Below, in pieces: positions 9,692 through 19,509 of a stretch of 64,000 nucleotides of DNA (position 1 is the first letter of the stretch; the number at the start of each line of letters is the position of its first letter). Origin of the DNA: a virus. The notes under the pieces were generated by a model. That model did no database searches and was not told where the DNA came from. It saw only the letters and a program-made list of their open reading frames with translations. Where the stretch lies: positions 1 to 64,000 of the IMG/VR virus record IMGVR_UViG_3300037961_005428; one strand, written 5' to 3'. Made by a program: the position numbers and the translations under genes.

Positions 9692-10633
9692 TCATTGCAT
9701 CCTCTCCTTATTCATTGCCAGCGTGGCGACGAAGTAATCAAAGAATGATGCGTCGTCATCGGGCCACTGCGTGGCCATCATCGTAAAGTCTCCGTGAGTT
9801 TTCATAAAGGCGAACCATTCAGCGCCCTCTTCAAGCAGGCCTTTCGCTCGGAAACGCAGCCCCTTTAAAATGTAGAATCGGTTGTTGCCGGCGTTTAATT
9901 CCTTTCTTAAGTATGCACCAAGTGAAGCGTAGTCCCCAGCCGCTAAGTGAAGGGCGGCTTTGGACAGGTTCTCACTGTGCCCACGAATCCGTTGAACGAG
10001 AGCGTCCGGCGTCTTGGACAGTGATTGGAGGAGGTCTACGACGGAGCGCAGGCTACCCCCTTCTGTTTGACTGAGGTTCCTGTAATGCTCTTTCCACTCG
10101 TCGGGAAGTTGCTCCTCATGATGGATGCGAATGCAGGCTTGCTCAACTTCGTTTGGGCCGAGCGGATTGAATCGGTAAACTGCACATCTGTCTTTGATGG
10201 CATCGTGAAACCCTGTGATGTCGTTTGCAGCGAGGATGAAAATGGTGGTCTTGTAACTGTCCTCCATGATTTGGCGGAGGGCTTTCTGTGCATCACTGGT
10301 AAGGTTCTCGGCCTCGTCCAAGAATACAACACGGCGACTAACCATCAGTCCTTTGTGCCTAACGATGTGCTTCAACTCATCACGGACATAACCGATGCCT
10401 CGCTCATCACTGGCATTGGTGGCGACAAAGTTGGATGAGTCAAAGTATTCACCAAGGAAGTGGCGTGCCAATGCTCGGGCTGCTGTCGTCTTGCCAGTGC
10501 CCGGCGGGCCCACCAGCATGATGTTAGGAGGAGCCGAATCAATCGTCCAGTCGTAAGCGTCAGCCACGAAGGCTTCACAGCCGACCAGTTCCTCTATGGT
10601 AGTAGGTCGGTACTTCTCACGCCAAGCCGTCAT
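9692..10633 (-). CDS. rfcS: replication factor C small subunit (clamp loader)
   Basis: WREKYRP, GPPGTGKTT, NASDERGI, LDEAE, AQKALR, KDRC. Confidence 0.95.
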   Translation of the reverse strand: MTAWREKYRPTTIEELVGCEAFVADAYDWTIDSAPPNIMLVGPPGTGKTTAARALARHFLGEYFDSSNFVATNASDERGIGYVRDELKHIVRHKGLMVSRRVVFLDEAENLTSDAQKALRQIMEDSYKTTIFILAANDITGFHDAIKDRCAVYRFNPLGPNEVEQACIRIHHEEQLPDEWKEHYRNLSQTEGGSLRSVVDLLQSLSKTPDALVQRIRGHSENLSKAALHLAAGDYASLGAYLRKELNAGNNRFYILKGLRFRAKGLLEEGAEWFAFMKTHGDFTMMATQWPDDDASFFDYFVATLAMNKERMQ

Positions 10634-10917
10634 TCTTCCTCATCCTCCCTCAAGTCACGCCATGGGTCACGCAAAGTCTCTCCAACGAACTCATACCTTT
10701 TCACCATCGTGACCCCACATGCGGTGCAGGCCCATTCACCGTGAGCCGTCTCGCCAAACTCGTTAAAGCCCGACACCGATAATTCCTTCATGAGCCAATC
10801 ATGCTCACTGTGCTTGCACCTGTTAAGTGCCCAATGCCTGCTTTTGAAATCCTCAAGCCGACCCAGTAGTTGCTGTAGCCTCATCATTTCTGCTCGTATT
10901 GTGTCTTCAATTGTCAT
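10630..10917 (-). CDS. Zn-finger protein
   Basis: CxH..H and CTACG. Confidence 0.6.
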   Translation of the reverse strand: MTIEDTIRAEMMRLQQLLGRLEDFKSRHWALNRCKHSEHDWLMKELSVSGFNEFGETAHGEWACTACGVTMVKRYEFVGETLRDPWRDLREDEEE

Positions 10918-11204
10918 TCTTCTTCGCCTCCGTGTGTCGGGACTGGTTCAACGATGGACCTTGACGGGAACCGATAATCGGGGACTATCAACGGGTAGCG
11001 TAGGGGTGGGGCACGCCAAGCCATCCAGCCTTCTTTGGGCCGAATGTGGTTATCAAGTTCAAGCGCGGTGTACCCCACCTTGAGTTGTGGAATCCGGTTG
11101 ACCATCATGACTTTGTATGTCTCCATGCCCAAGTTGTAGGAGATACCATTTGACTCCAACAGAGCCCACTCGTCTTGTCCAACAGTGATTCTTATTCGCT
11201 TCAT
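10914..11204 (-). CDS. hypothetical protein, tandem paralog A
   Basis: Shares VMMVNRIPQLKVG and YRFPSR.IVEPVPTHGGEEE with neighbour. Confidence 0.75.
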   Translation of the reverse strand: MKRIRITVGQDEWALLESNGISYNLGMETYKVMMVNRIPQLKVGYTALELDNHIRPKEGWMAWRAPPLRYPLIVPDYRFPSRSIVEPVPTHGGEEE

Positions 11205-11449
11205 TCTTCTTCGCCTCCATGTGTCGGGACTGGTTCAACGATGGCCCTTGACGGGAATCGGTATACGGGGGTGGGGCTGGGGGCCTCCCAAGCAACCCAT
11301 CCATTGGTCATTTTCACAACAATGCACCCCACCTTGAGTTGTGGAATGCGGTTGACCATCATGACTTGGTATTGCTCACTCCCAATCGGCTCCAGCAGGG
11401 CCCACATGTTTCGTCCAACTGTTATTCTCATTCGTTTCATTTTGTTCAC
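11201..11449 (-). CDS. hypothetical protein, tandem paralog B
   Basis: Near-identical blocks to 10914-11204. Confidence 0.75.
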   Translation of the reverse strand: MNKMKRMRITVGRNMWALLEPIGSEQYQVMMVNRIPQLKVGCIVVKMTNGWVAWEAPSPTPVYRFPSRAIVEPVPTHGGEEE

Positions 11450-12897
11450 TCCATTTCAATTATGTCGGTCAGTTGACTGATGTCGCTGAATCCAAGTTCA
11501 TCATCAGCGTACAGAATTTCTCCTGTTATGGTCATCGTGCTCAGTCGGACATCGTTGACCTTCGCCGCTACCACCACAGCCTGTTCTTCAACAGGTAACC
11601 AGTGGGGGCCGACGAGGACGCCTTGCCTCGCCAGTCGTGTGCGAATGTGCTGGGCCGTCTCCATTGACAGCCGTGCCTCCATGACTTGATACGGGTCAAT
11701 CCCGTCCAATACCCCCAGCCTTGCATGGGTTTCATACTCGGCGTCTTTCTTGAGGGACATGAGAAGCAGGTTGATGTTGTAAGCACCATCCATTACCAGC
11801 CAGCCACCTTGCTCGCCGATGTTGAACGGGCCGTCGTAAGTGAGGCGTAATCGCTCACCTTCTTCCAGTGCATTTGTAAGGTGCGTAATGGATGAGCCTG
11901 CCTCAATTCGCTGCCCTGTTCGGACAGTTCCTTTCACAGTCAGCCCACTCAGTAGAGCAAGCCGTTCACTCATCGGTCTTTGGTACACGCTCCAGTCGTC
12001 GTCCAGTGACAGTATATCAGTGATTGACTTGATGATGTTCCCCTGCACCTCCACTTCCAGCACACAGGGCTGGTTCAATGGGAGGTCAAGGTTGTGCACC
12101 TTACCCGCTGGTCGCTTGTCCCGATTGTAGAGGACACCAGCAAAGGTGCCGGTCGGGAACTCAGTAATGTGTAGATAGCGACGGGGGTGACGAATCACCT
12201 CAGCATAGATGCTGGGAGGGGCTGTCGTCTGTGTCCACGCTTTGTAGAGTGGGGCACGAAACGGCTGACCCGGCTGAATCTGTTCAAGGGGCGTGACCTC
12301 GGTGTCGGAATACTTGAGCATCCTCACCAGCAGTTCGGGCGCTGATGTCGTGTCCAACTTCTGCCGCACCGCTTTGAGGCTCAGTGCCTCGCCCTCGCCA
12401 ATGTGAGAGCAACGCTGTATGAATCGGTCAATCGGGTAGGGGGCGTTCTCGCCCAGTGCCCTTGCCCAAAACAACTCGGCTTCATCAGCACTCATCATCC
12501 GTGCCATGGTTAGCACAGTCGTCTCGCTCAGTTGGTGCATGTGGCGGAGGGCTTGCTTCACTGTCATGTTGCTCGCCATGTTGCCTTCACTCTCCTTGGC
12601 CAGCATCGGCACGAAGGGTTTGCCGGTGAACACCTCGTCCCATACAAGGGGGGAGATAGCCAACTCGGCACACACATTCTCTTTGACCCAGCCGTCTGTA
12701 ACGAAACGGGGTGGGTGTTTGGAATGCCGTGGGTAGAAAATGTCCACGATGTCTTCGTAGTCTCCGTCGCAAGCCTCCATGAGTTCCGTGATGGCTGACA
12801 GGGATTGACGGAAGTCTTCTCCACTGTCACCGGAGCCACGGCCATAGTGCAACTTACGAAGGGTGCGTGCCACTTGCGTGGCCAAGGACAAGAGCAT
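11446..12897 (-). CDS. ATP-dependent DNA ligase homologue, apparently inactivated (start MLLS 12897)
   Basis: Ligase motif order is recognisable (YAEVIRHPRRYLH, LYNRD, VLEVEV, TDIL, PMSERLALL, EGERL..DGPF..G...WL) but KxDG and the other catalytic Lys are absent. Confidence 0.7.
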   Translation of the reverse strand: MLLSLATQVARTLRKLHYGRGSGDSGEDFRQSLSAITELMEACDGDYEDIVDIFYPRHSKHPPRFVTDGWVKENVCAELAISPLVWDEVFTGKPFVPMLAKESEGNMASNMTVKQALRHMHQLSETTVLTMARMMSADEAELFWARALGENAPYPIDRFIQRCSHIGEGEALSLKAVRQKLDTTSAPELLVRMLKYSDTEVTPLEQIQPGQPFRAPLYKAWTQTTAPPSIYAEVIRHPRRYLHITEFPTGTFAGVLYNRDKRPAGKVHNLDLPLNQPCVLEVEVQGNIIKSITDILSLDDDWSVYQRPMSERLALLSGLTVKGTVRTGQRIEAGSSITHLTNALEEGERLRLTYDGPFNIGEQGGWLVMDGAYNINLLLMSLKKDAEYETHARLGVLDGIDPYQVMEARLSMETAQHIRTRLARQGVLVGPHWLPVEEQAVVVAAKVNDVRLSTMTITGEILYADDELGFSDISQLTDIIEME

Positions 12898-12898
12898 G

Positions 12899-13150
12899 TC
12901 ACTCACTCTTGAGGCTGTCCACCATGTGGATGATTGATTGGGCCAGTTGGTAGGCGTCCTCCAGTTCCATCCGAACGCCTTCCCTCGTCCACCCAGCACC
13001 GCTGGGGTGGTCGGTCGTGCGCCTCACTCGGATGTCAATGGTGGGCTCTACATTCTCCTTCTCGGAGGTGACGACACTCATCACCACCTCCGCTTGCTTC
13101 TTCCACTTGCGCATTGTGCAAGGTGCTTTCCACTGAACTGTTTGGGTCAT
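12899..13150 (-). CDS. PC4/YdbC-like ssDNA-binding protein
   Basis: IDIRV...WTREGVRM pattern, 83 aa. Confidence 0.7.
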   Translation of the reverse strand: MTQTVQWKAPCTMRKWKKQAEVVMSVVTSEKENVEPTIDIRVRRTTDHPSGAGWTREGVRMELEDAYQLAQSIIHMVDSLKSE

Positions 13151-13153
13151 TCT

Positions 13154-13837
13154 TCATTCCTCTTCTTCGTTGTTGAATGAGACAGCCACTCTACCTCGCA
13201 GGTGAATGGGTAGTCGCTCGCCGCTCACTGGGCAAATCGTGCCGAGGATAACCAGTCCGTGGTCGGGCTGGCTGTCCACAATCTCAGTGATGGACGAGGG
13301 ATGCAACACCTCGTAGGTCCGTTGCTGTCCTCGGAAAGTCTCCAGTGCATCCGTGCCGACCACGAGTTCAAAGTCTCGGGGCGGCATGAGGATGGTGTTG
13401 GAGCAAACAGGACAGGACGCCTCAACGCCCCAATCCTCGTAGGACAACTCTTCGCCGTCTTGCTCCACCACCTTGTCGCCAAGGAATCGCCAGTGAGCGT
13501 TTTGGAAATCGTAGGCGGCGATGGGTAGGTCGCAGTCTTCACCGGGACAAACCATCTGCCCAATCTGCTGGCGCTTAAGGTCAAGCGAGAACTCCATCTG
13601 CTCATCCTGTGATTGGATAACACGGGGGGACTCGTCATTGACCATCCACCCACGCTTGAGTGCTTCGCCTTTGACCACGCCGTGCACCTTAGCAGCGTCC
13701 ATGGTGTTGAAGGTGGCAATCAGCGTCAGCATCTCACCCTCCCCCTTCATGTAGACAAGGCCCTGCCCGGTCAAGTCCCACACTTGGTGGGGTTGTAGTC
13801 TGTCAAGTATCGCTCCAATTTCTTCTTCCATCGTCAT
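13154..13837 (-). CDS. acidic Zn-finger protein (likely start 13837)
   Basis: CPGEDC, CPVC; ATGA overlap. Confidence 0.55.
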   Translation of the reverse strand: MTMEEEIGAILDRLQPHQVWDLTGQGLVYMKGEGEMLTLIATFNTMDAAKVHGVVKGEALKRGWMVNDESPRVIQSQDEQMEFSLDLKRQQIGQMVCPGEDCDLPIAAYDFQNAHWRFLGDKVVEQDGEELSYEDWGVEASCPVCSNTILMPPRDFELVVGTDALETFRGQQRTYEVLHPSSITEIVDSQPDHGLVILGTICPVSGERLPIHLRGRVAVSFNNEEEE

Positions 13838-14127
13838 TGTGTTCCCTCCATGTACCAAATGATTTTCTTGCAGCACCGAGTTGGCACCATGCGGTAGCGT
13901 TCCGTCATGATGACCGTGGTCGTGCGGTCCTTCTCTCCACACACCGGGCACTTCTCTATTTGAGTGTTGACCACTGCCAGCACCTCTTCGTGTTCCAACT
14001 CACCGGATGCCGAAGCATCGCCGGGGATGGGAAGGTCGGAGCCGAGTAGGCTCCAACGCTTCCCTCCGTGGTTGAAGTTGCCGTCCTCATCAATGGATTC
14101 AGCCGTCATTCGTCGTTCTTCTGACAT
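13834..14127 (-). CDS. Zn-ribbon protein
   Basis: CPVCG...CC. Confidence 0.55.
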   Translation of the reverse strand: MSEERRMTAESIDEDGNFNHGGKRWSLLGSDLPIPGDASASGELEHEEVLAVVNTQIEKCPVCGEKDRTTTVIMTERYRMVPTRCCKKIIWYMEGTQ

Positions 14128-15680
14128 CAGTAGATTACCTCCGAGAAGAGTGGCACCGAAGCGAGTTGTTCCTCAAGGACTGACTCGGACTGGTCAAGTA
14201 GTGCATCGGGGTTGCCGCCAATTGTAGCGATAACATTGTCGCTGACCTTGCGAAGCATGGTGTGCGTGTCGGTGAGTTTCTTGTCCATGGCATTGAAGCC
14301 GAGGGTCTTGCCTTCCAGTGGTTTGTTGCGGTAGTGCTCGTTGTCTTGGTAGACCGGCTTGTGGGTCACCGCCCCGGTGAGGATGTTGTAGACATGGTAC
14401 AGGGTGTGCTGGTCGTCGCCTTGAACATTGACCCATCGGTTGGAAGGAGTGGTCCATCCCTGCCCCATGACCCGCCACATGTGGCCACGGCTGAGATGAG
14501 TGATTTCTCCCTTGTCATCACGGTGGACAGTCGGTTTGGTAATGAGGCCGGCTCTCTCACTCAGCGTCATCAGTCGCTCAAAGGCTTCGTCGCTGACGGT
14601 GATGTTGCGCATGGCTTCAACCTCAATCAGTTCCTCGGCGGCCGACAGCATGACTTGCTCAAGTTTGTCAGCGAGTGAGTTGAAGTCGTAGTTCTCCATG
14701 ACACCCTTGGTGTGTCGCAACTTGAGTAGGGTCTGTGATTTGCCAACGACCATGCCGTTGGTGCACACCAGTCGCTGAGCGATAGCGGCGACCTTGAATG
14801 AGGATGAGCCGTCCAAACTGTTGTAGATGGAAAAGCCAACACGGTAATCACCCTCCTTCACAAAGCCAAGGTTCTGCCATCGGCTACCAAGTTTGTTCTG
14901 TGCGGCTGTGTTCCAGTCAACGCTGCTGGTGACATCCACATCCATGCGGGCGTTCTTGCCCTCGCCGTAAGCGAAGACCTTTGCCGGCCAGCCGTTCTTA
15001 GCACACATGTCTAAAATGGGACGGAAGCCCCGTGCATACGGCATGGCGTAGTAGGTCGGGCTGAACATCCCAAGGTGGGCACCAAGGGGTCGCTGAGGGC
15101 TGGCGTAGTTCGGGTTGAAAATGTGCTTGACAATGGGCTTGCCATCGTTGTCCACAATTTTCGCCGCCGAAGTCTGCCCGCTTCGCTCGTCTTCGTAAAG
15201 GACGAAGCCCATTTTCTCAGTGGGCTGGAAGTCCCAGTCAGCCGTCGCCTTGTTCTTTCGGTTTCCTGCGTAAAGGAAGTCGTCAAAGGGACCGGCGGCG
15301 TTCACCGACACCTGCCCATCTGCTCCAACTTCCATCACCAGTCGCTCTTCTGTGCCAAAGTTTGGCACCTCGTCGTTGTGTTCTTCATTCATGTTGTTCT
15401 CTCCGTTCGGTATTTGTTCTCCATATTCCATCGCTTCAACGATGGCAATGTCTTGTGCTGTGACAATGAGCGGGGCATTGCTGCCGTAGAGTTGGGCTTC
15501 TGTGGCACCACTCACGGTGATAGCCACTCGGCCGTCGTCTAACGATTCAAAGCGTTCAATGTCCTGCCGCTCAATGTTGAGGTTCTTCACCCCAGCATTG
15601 GACGGGTAGTCCACAAACACCCTATCTGCTCTGCTCTCTGTCACTCTTCCAATCACTGTCGTTCCGGTCTGCATGTTCAT
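14127..15680 (-). CDS. DUF932/DUF945 (TIGR03299-like) protein with N-terminal extension
   Basis: NSLDGSSSF...RLVCTNGMV...LRHTK signature. Confidence 0.75.
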   Translation of the reverse strand: MNMQTGTTVIGRVTESRADRVFVDYPSNAGVKNLNIERQDIERFESLDDGRVAITVSGATEAQLYGSNAPLIVTAQDIAIVEAMEYGEQIPNGENNMNEEHNDEVPNFGTEERLVMEVGADGQVSVNAAGPFDDFLYAGNRKNKATADWDFQPTEKMGFVLYEDERSGQTSAAKIVDNDGKPIVKHIFNPNYASPQRPLGAHLGMFSPTYYAMPYARGFRPILDMCAKNGWPAKVFAYGEGKNARMDVDVTSSVDWNTAAQNKLGSRWQNLGFVKEGDYRVGFSIYNSLDGSSSFKVAAIAQRLVCTNGMVVGKSQTLLKLRHTKGVMENYDFNSLADKLEQVMLSAAEELIEVEAMRNITVSDEAFERLMTLSERAGLITKPTVHRDDKGEITHLSRGHMWRVMGQGWTTPSNRWVNVQGDDQHTLYHVYNILTGAVTHKPVYQDNEHYRNKPLEGKTLGFNAMDKKLTDTHTMLRKVSDNVIATIGGNPDALLDQSESVLEEQLASVPLFSEVIY

Positions 15681-15749
15681 TTTGGTTCACTATCCTGTAT
15701 TTAATTTGTCCGGCTCATTTAGAACGGGGGAGCCGGGAAACCCAGTGGA

Positions 15750-15777
15750 CTATTGTTTTGATTCTTTATAAGGAGAA
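15750..15777 (-). promoter_or_regulatory. conserved early promoter copy 1 (TTCTCCTTATAAAGAATCAAAACAATAG)
   Basis: Exact 28-nt intergenic repeat with TATA box, upstream of minus-strand operon. Confidence 0.75.
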
Positions 15778-15816
15778 ATAGGAAATAGTTATCTCGTACG
15801 AACACTTGGCTCACAC

Positions 15817-16620
15817 ATGGACCCGGTTGATGTAGCGTGGTCCATATTGAAGGCGGCCTTTCAGCCAGCCAAAGGAGTACAGATTGGGGCAGGGATGAAC
15901 CAAGTGGTGTTCGGTCAATCCGGAAACCCCGATGTGGTGAAGGTCAGTGACCTTGATAAGAACCCCTCGCAATTGGATGCGATGTATTACAATCAGTTGC
16001 TGAGCACAATGCCGATGGGAATGTTTGCAGGGCAACAGCCCATTGAGCAGAGGATGCCGCTGCCAGTAGAATTGAGGGAAATGAGTATGCCGATTTTGTC
16101 GCGACAGCCCCGTGGTAGAGCAATTGCTGGTAGTCCCCTTGGAATAAATGAAGACACGGCGAGAGGAAGAATCATCCAGCAAAGTGTGTACAACGCGCTC
16201 CCGCTTCTTGAAGCGATGAATTTGACAGACCTCAAACCACAGAACTGGATGGGGCACCATAGTGCCAGTGGTTTGATGAACGAGTATCAGTTGAGAAAGC
16301 CGGGAATAGGTCGGCCACGGGACCCCAAGCCTGTGGTCATCCATGACCCGGACTTTGGCGAGGCGGGGGTCTTCCAACCAATGCAGGGTGTTGGTCGCAG
16401 AAGACCCGGTGTAGACTTTGATGTGCCCGAGACTCCTCTGTATCTACTTCAAAAGCGGATTGACCGGACGCCATTTGATAAGTTCGTAGAACCTATTGAA
16501 GACTCGTACAGCGACTACCATGGCGGAAGGGGCTATGATGAATTACGGGACAGGTTGGCTCAAAGAGAGCGAGCCATCAACCGCATGTTCTCACACATCG
16601 GCCTCAGTGGGCAGGGGTAA
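15817..16620 (+). CDS. protein-kinase-like protein with N-terminal AW..LK tag
   Basis: MDPVDVAWSILKA; IGAGMNQVVF (Gly loop), VVKV, TDLKPQN (catalytic loop), DPDFG. Confidence 0.7.
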   Translation: MDPVDVAWSILKAAFQPAKGVQIGAGMNQVVFGQSGNPDVVKVSDLDKNPSQLDAMYYNQLLSTMPMGMFAGQQPIEQRMPLPVELREMSMPILSRQPRGRAIAGSPLGINEDTARGRIIQQSVYNALPLLEAMNLTDLKPQNWMGHHSASGLMNEYQLRKPGIGRPRDPKPVVIHDPDFGEAGVFQPMQGVGRRRPGVDFDVPETPLYLLQKRIDRTPFDKFVEPIEDSYSDYHGGRGYDELRDRLAQRERAINRMFSHIGLSGQG

Positions 16621-17346
16621 GCGGCGGAACTCAGCCACCAAGTGACTGATGCCCGGCTCGCCAGCGAACTTGACAAAGGTGCCGACATCTGACCAGTCCG
16701 GCTGTGTCTCGTGCGACAGGTTCGCCTGTGTCACACGCCAAATGAATTTGCCTACGACACGCTTGAGCGCTTCTTCGTCGTCGCCGTAGAGGCGAATCAA
16801 TTGGTCAAGCATTGTCAGCAGGCCCAGTAGGCTTGTACACCATTCGTCTTCAAACATTCTTCTTTCCCTCCCACCATTCGGGCGGGTCTTTCGTACCCAC
16901 CCAGTCAAGGAGTCCGTCGTAGATGTTGCGCTGGATGCGTAGGATGGAACCGTAGTCCTCCCACACATCGCCGCCCTCTCGTCGCACGAGGAGCATGATG
17001 TGGCACTCGTCCTTCATCTCAGCGTCAAGCACTTCGGTCACTTCAATTGCCTCCGAATAACATTGTGAGCATTTTCAAAACTCTCTCGGAAAATTTGATA
17101 CTGGTCGGGCGTTATGATTCCCTCTTGCCACAGGCCAGCAAAATAGTACATAATGGACTCTAAATCCATCATCATTGAAAGCGTTTCATGATTTATTGCT
17201 TCTTCGTAATTCATCATCATTCATCACCTGCCCTTCGTCGTGCAAACGCCCAAGCAATCTCGCCCCGGCATTCCTTACAGCACAATTCCAAGTCGCTCTC
17301 GTCGTCAATATCCTGCCACAGTTCACACAGTAGGCATTCGCTTCCA

Positions 17347-17703
17347 TCATTCATTTGTCCCATGTTCATTCCTCCAATCTTCATGTTCGTTGAGTAGCGT
17401 GCGGTTGTCCGTTCCAGTGAACGGCTCCACAGTCATGTTGCCCGTGTAGGGTCTTTCCCATACATCCTCTTCACCGTAAAAGAAAAAGGAACCTTCGGGG
17501 TTGTGTGGCGAGAAGTTGAAATCGTACTCAGTGTCCACCACATTCTCAAACGGCACAGTGTCAAAGTCAAAGTCCCATTTCACCATGTAGAATTTATCGT
17601 CGTGCTTGCAGTGGAAAATCGCTTCGTACATCTCACTACCGTAGGTGTTCGCTGTCAGTTCCCAGTGCATCATTTTTACTCGTTGTTCCATATCCATGTT
17701 CAT
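17347..17703 (-). CDS. acidic hypothetical early protein
   Basis: GGAGGAATGA junction; ORF track. Confidence 0.55.
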   Translation of the reverse strand: MNMDMEQRVKMMHWELTANTYGSEMYEAIFHCKHDDKFYMVKWDFDFDTVPFENVVDTEYDFNFSPHNPEGSFFFYGEEDVWERPYTGNMTVEPFTGTDNRTLLNEHEDWRNEHGTNE

Positions 17704-18035
17704 TCCTCCTCAGCAGTATTCCTCTTCCTCATTCTCACAAACCCATGTGTTCCAAAAGGAACAGTCTCCTTGACTCTTCCAACCACAACAGTGGGGGCAT
17801 TTTCCTTGTCCTTGGTCGCTTGCGTTCCAGTAAGTTTCCTCAGTAATTGAATCCAGTGATTCAGCGAAAAGAGATTGCCAGTCGTCTGTGCTTTCCCTCG
17901 CTTCTTCCAATGATGCGAACTCATGGCGGAAGCCATACTTTGAGTCGGGGCCAGCGATGATGAAGAACTTCCCCACCCTCCGCATGTCTCCGTCTTCTTG
18001 TTTATTCAGTAATCCAGTCGGTGTTCTTTCCATGT

Positions 18036-18617
18036 TCATTCCTCCTCGTCTGTTGGCCACATCTCAATCAGCGTGTTACCATCGTAGCCTCGCTTCATGT
18101 GGATGGCGGCGGCAGGAAACCCGAAGGGAAACCCGCATTTGCTCGCTCCAATGATTCGCATTGACACAATGCCTCCGTAGTCCATGACCATATTTATGCG
18201 CTTGAGACTTGATACCAACTTCGCAAGCGGTATCAGCAGGGCCACATTGTCAGCCACCTCAAAGCACTTCTCCAAGAACTGAGGGAAAATGCTGTATGGT
18301 GGGTTGGTGATAATCCAGTCCACCTTGTAGGGCCAATCAAAGAAGTCACGGCCCTCGGTGATTTCGCACCAGTCCTTTGTACAGTAATCGGGGTATTGGT
18401 CGTAGAACGCACCCGTCCCACGGCATGGGTCAAGCACAACATCATGTTTGATTTGCGAGATACCGCTAACCGTTGGCCCCCACAATCTCACCAAGTCATG
18501 CGTGTAGAAGTCAATCATCTGCTTGGCGATGTGTCGTGGGGTCATCACCATGTCGTTGGGCTTGAGGTCGGGGTTAGCATCCTTGTTGCCACTGCCGAAG
18601 TTCTCATGTAGGCTCAT
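18036..18617 (-). CDS. N6-adenine (amino) DNA methyltransferase (start MSLH 18617)
   Basis: TP..IA, VLDPCRGTGAF (SAM binding), IITNPPYS. Confidence 0.88.
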   Translation of the reverse strand: MSLHENFGSGNKDANPDLKPNDMVMTPRHIAKQMIDFYTHDLVRLWGPTVSGISQIKHDVVLDPCRGTGAFYDQYPDYCTKDWCEITEGRDFFDWPYKVDWIITNPPYSIFPQFLEKCFEVADNVALLIPLAKLVSSLKRINMVMDYGGIVSMRIIGASKCGFPFGFPAAAIHMKRGYDGNTLIEMWPTDEEE

Positions 18618-19168
18618 GCCGTCACCTCCACGCCTCGCCACCAGTCGGGAGCAGGTGTACCCTTCTCCCACTTGGCGAACTGCTTGGAATGGTAGTAGCG
18701 ACGGTAAGCCTTGACCGCTTCTTTGTGTCCCGCATGGTACACAGTCTCGTCGCCGTACAAGTCGTCCGGGTCGGGCCGGTATTCGTCGGGCATCGCCAGT
18801 GCGAAACCAGCGGGTCGTCCCGATGGAATCATGTCCCTCAGTCTGTACATGATGTTGATAGGCTTAGCACAAGAATGGACTTTGCCAAAACGCATTATGT
18901 ACTCATGGCAAAGTGTGATACCATAACGATACAGCCAAACGAAATTCTGTCGCCTATCGCCCGCCCATACTGTGCATGGATGGTGGGCGTAGCCGCCCTT
19001 GTAGGGCGTGCCTGCTTTGGTCAGCGGCATGTCCTCATCGGTAGCACCCCATCGGCGTAGGGCTGAGGCCATCATCTGTGCGGCCTCTACGCACATTTTG
19101 GGCACATGCTTGTCGCAGTGCATCCGTGCGGCGATAGTGGGGTCAGTGTGTAGTACGAAAATGTTCAT
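18614..19168 (-). CDS. pyrimidine-dimer DNA glycosylase family (T4 endonuclease V-like)
   Basis: MNIFVL..DP..AA..HCDKHV.KM..E.AQM, HPCTVW, EY..RFGKVH, AYRRYY..K. Confidence 0.85.
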   Translation of the reverse strand: MNIFVLHTDPTIAARMHCDKHVPKMCVEAAQMMASALRRWGATDEDMPLTKAGTPYKGGYAHHPCTVWAGDRRQNFVWLYRYGITLCHEYIMRFGKVHSCAKPINIMYRLRDMIPSGRPAGFALAMPDEYRPDPDDLYGDETVYHAGHKEAVKAYRRYYHSKQFAKWEKGTPAPDWWRGVEVTA

Positions 19169-19509
19169 TCAATCACTCTCCTTCAAACGGTAGTTCGGGT
19201 GCTTGCCCGTCCCAGTCTCCTTCGTGTGTTTCTCCGCACTTCGTACAGACGGCTCGGTATGTACCGGAAAACTCCGGCGTATCACCTGCCATGTACCAAC
19301 CAGTCATTTGTGCATCCGTCATTTCCCAATCGTGTTCACAAGTCATTCAATCACCTTCTTCACTCTCTTTCTTTTGCACATGGAGTGGCGCACCACAAGG
19401 GTATCACCTTTCACTCCCAAGGTAGTACAATCCCTACAAGCGGCCTTCCCACACAAATCACAAGTGGTGACAATGACGATAGTGCCGCACTGAGCACACT
19501 TCTCTCCCA

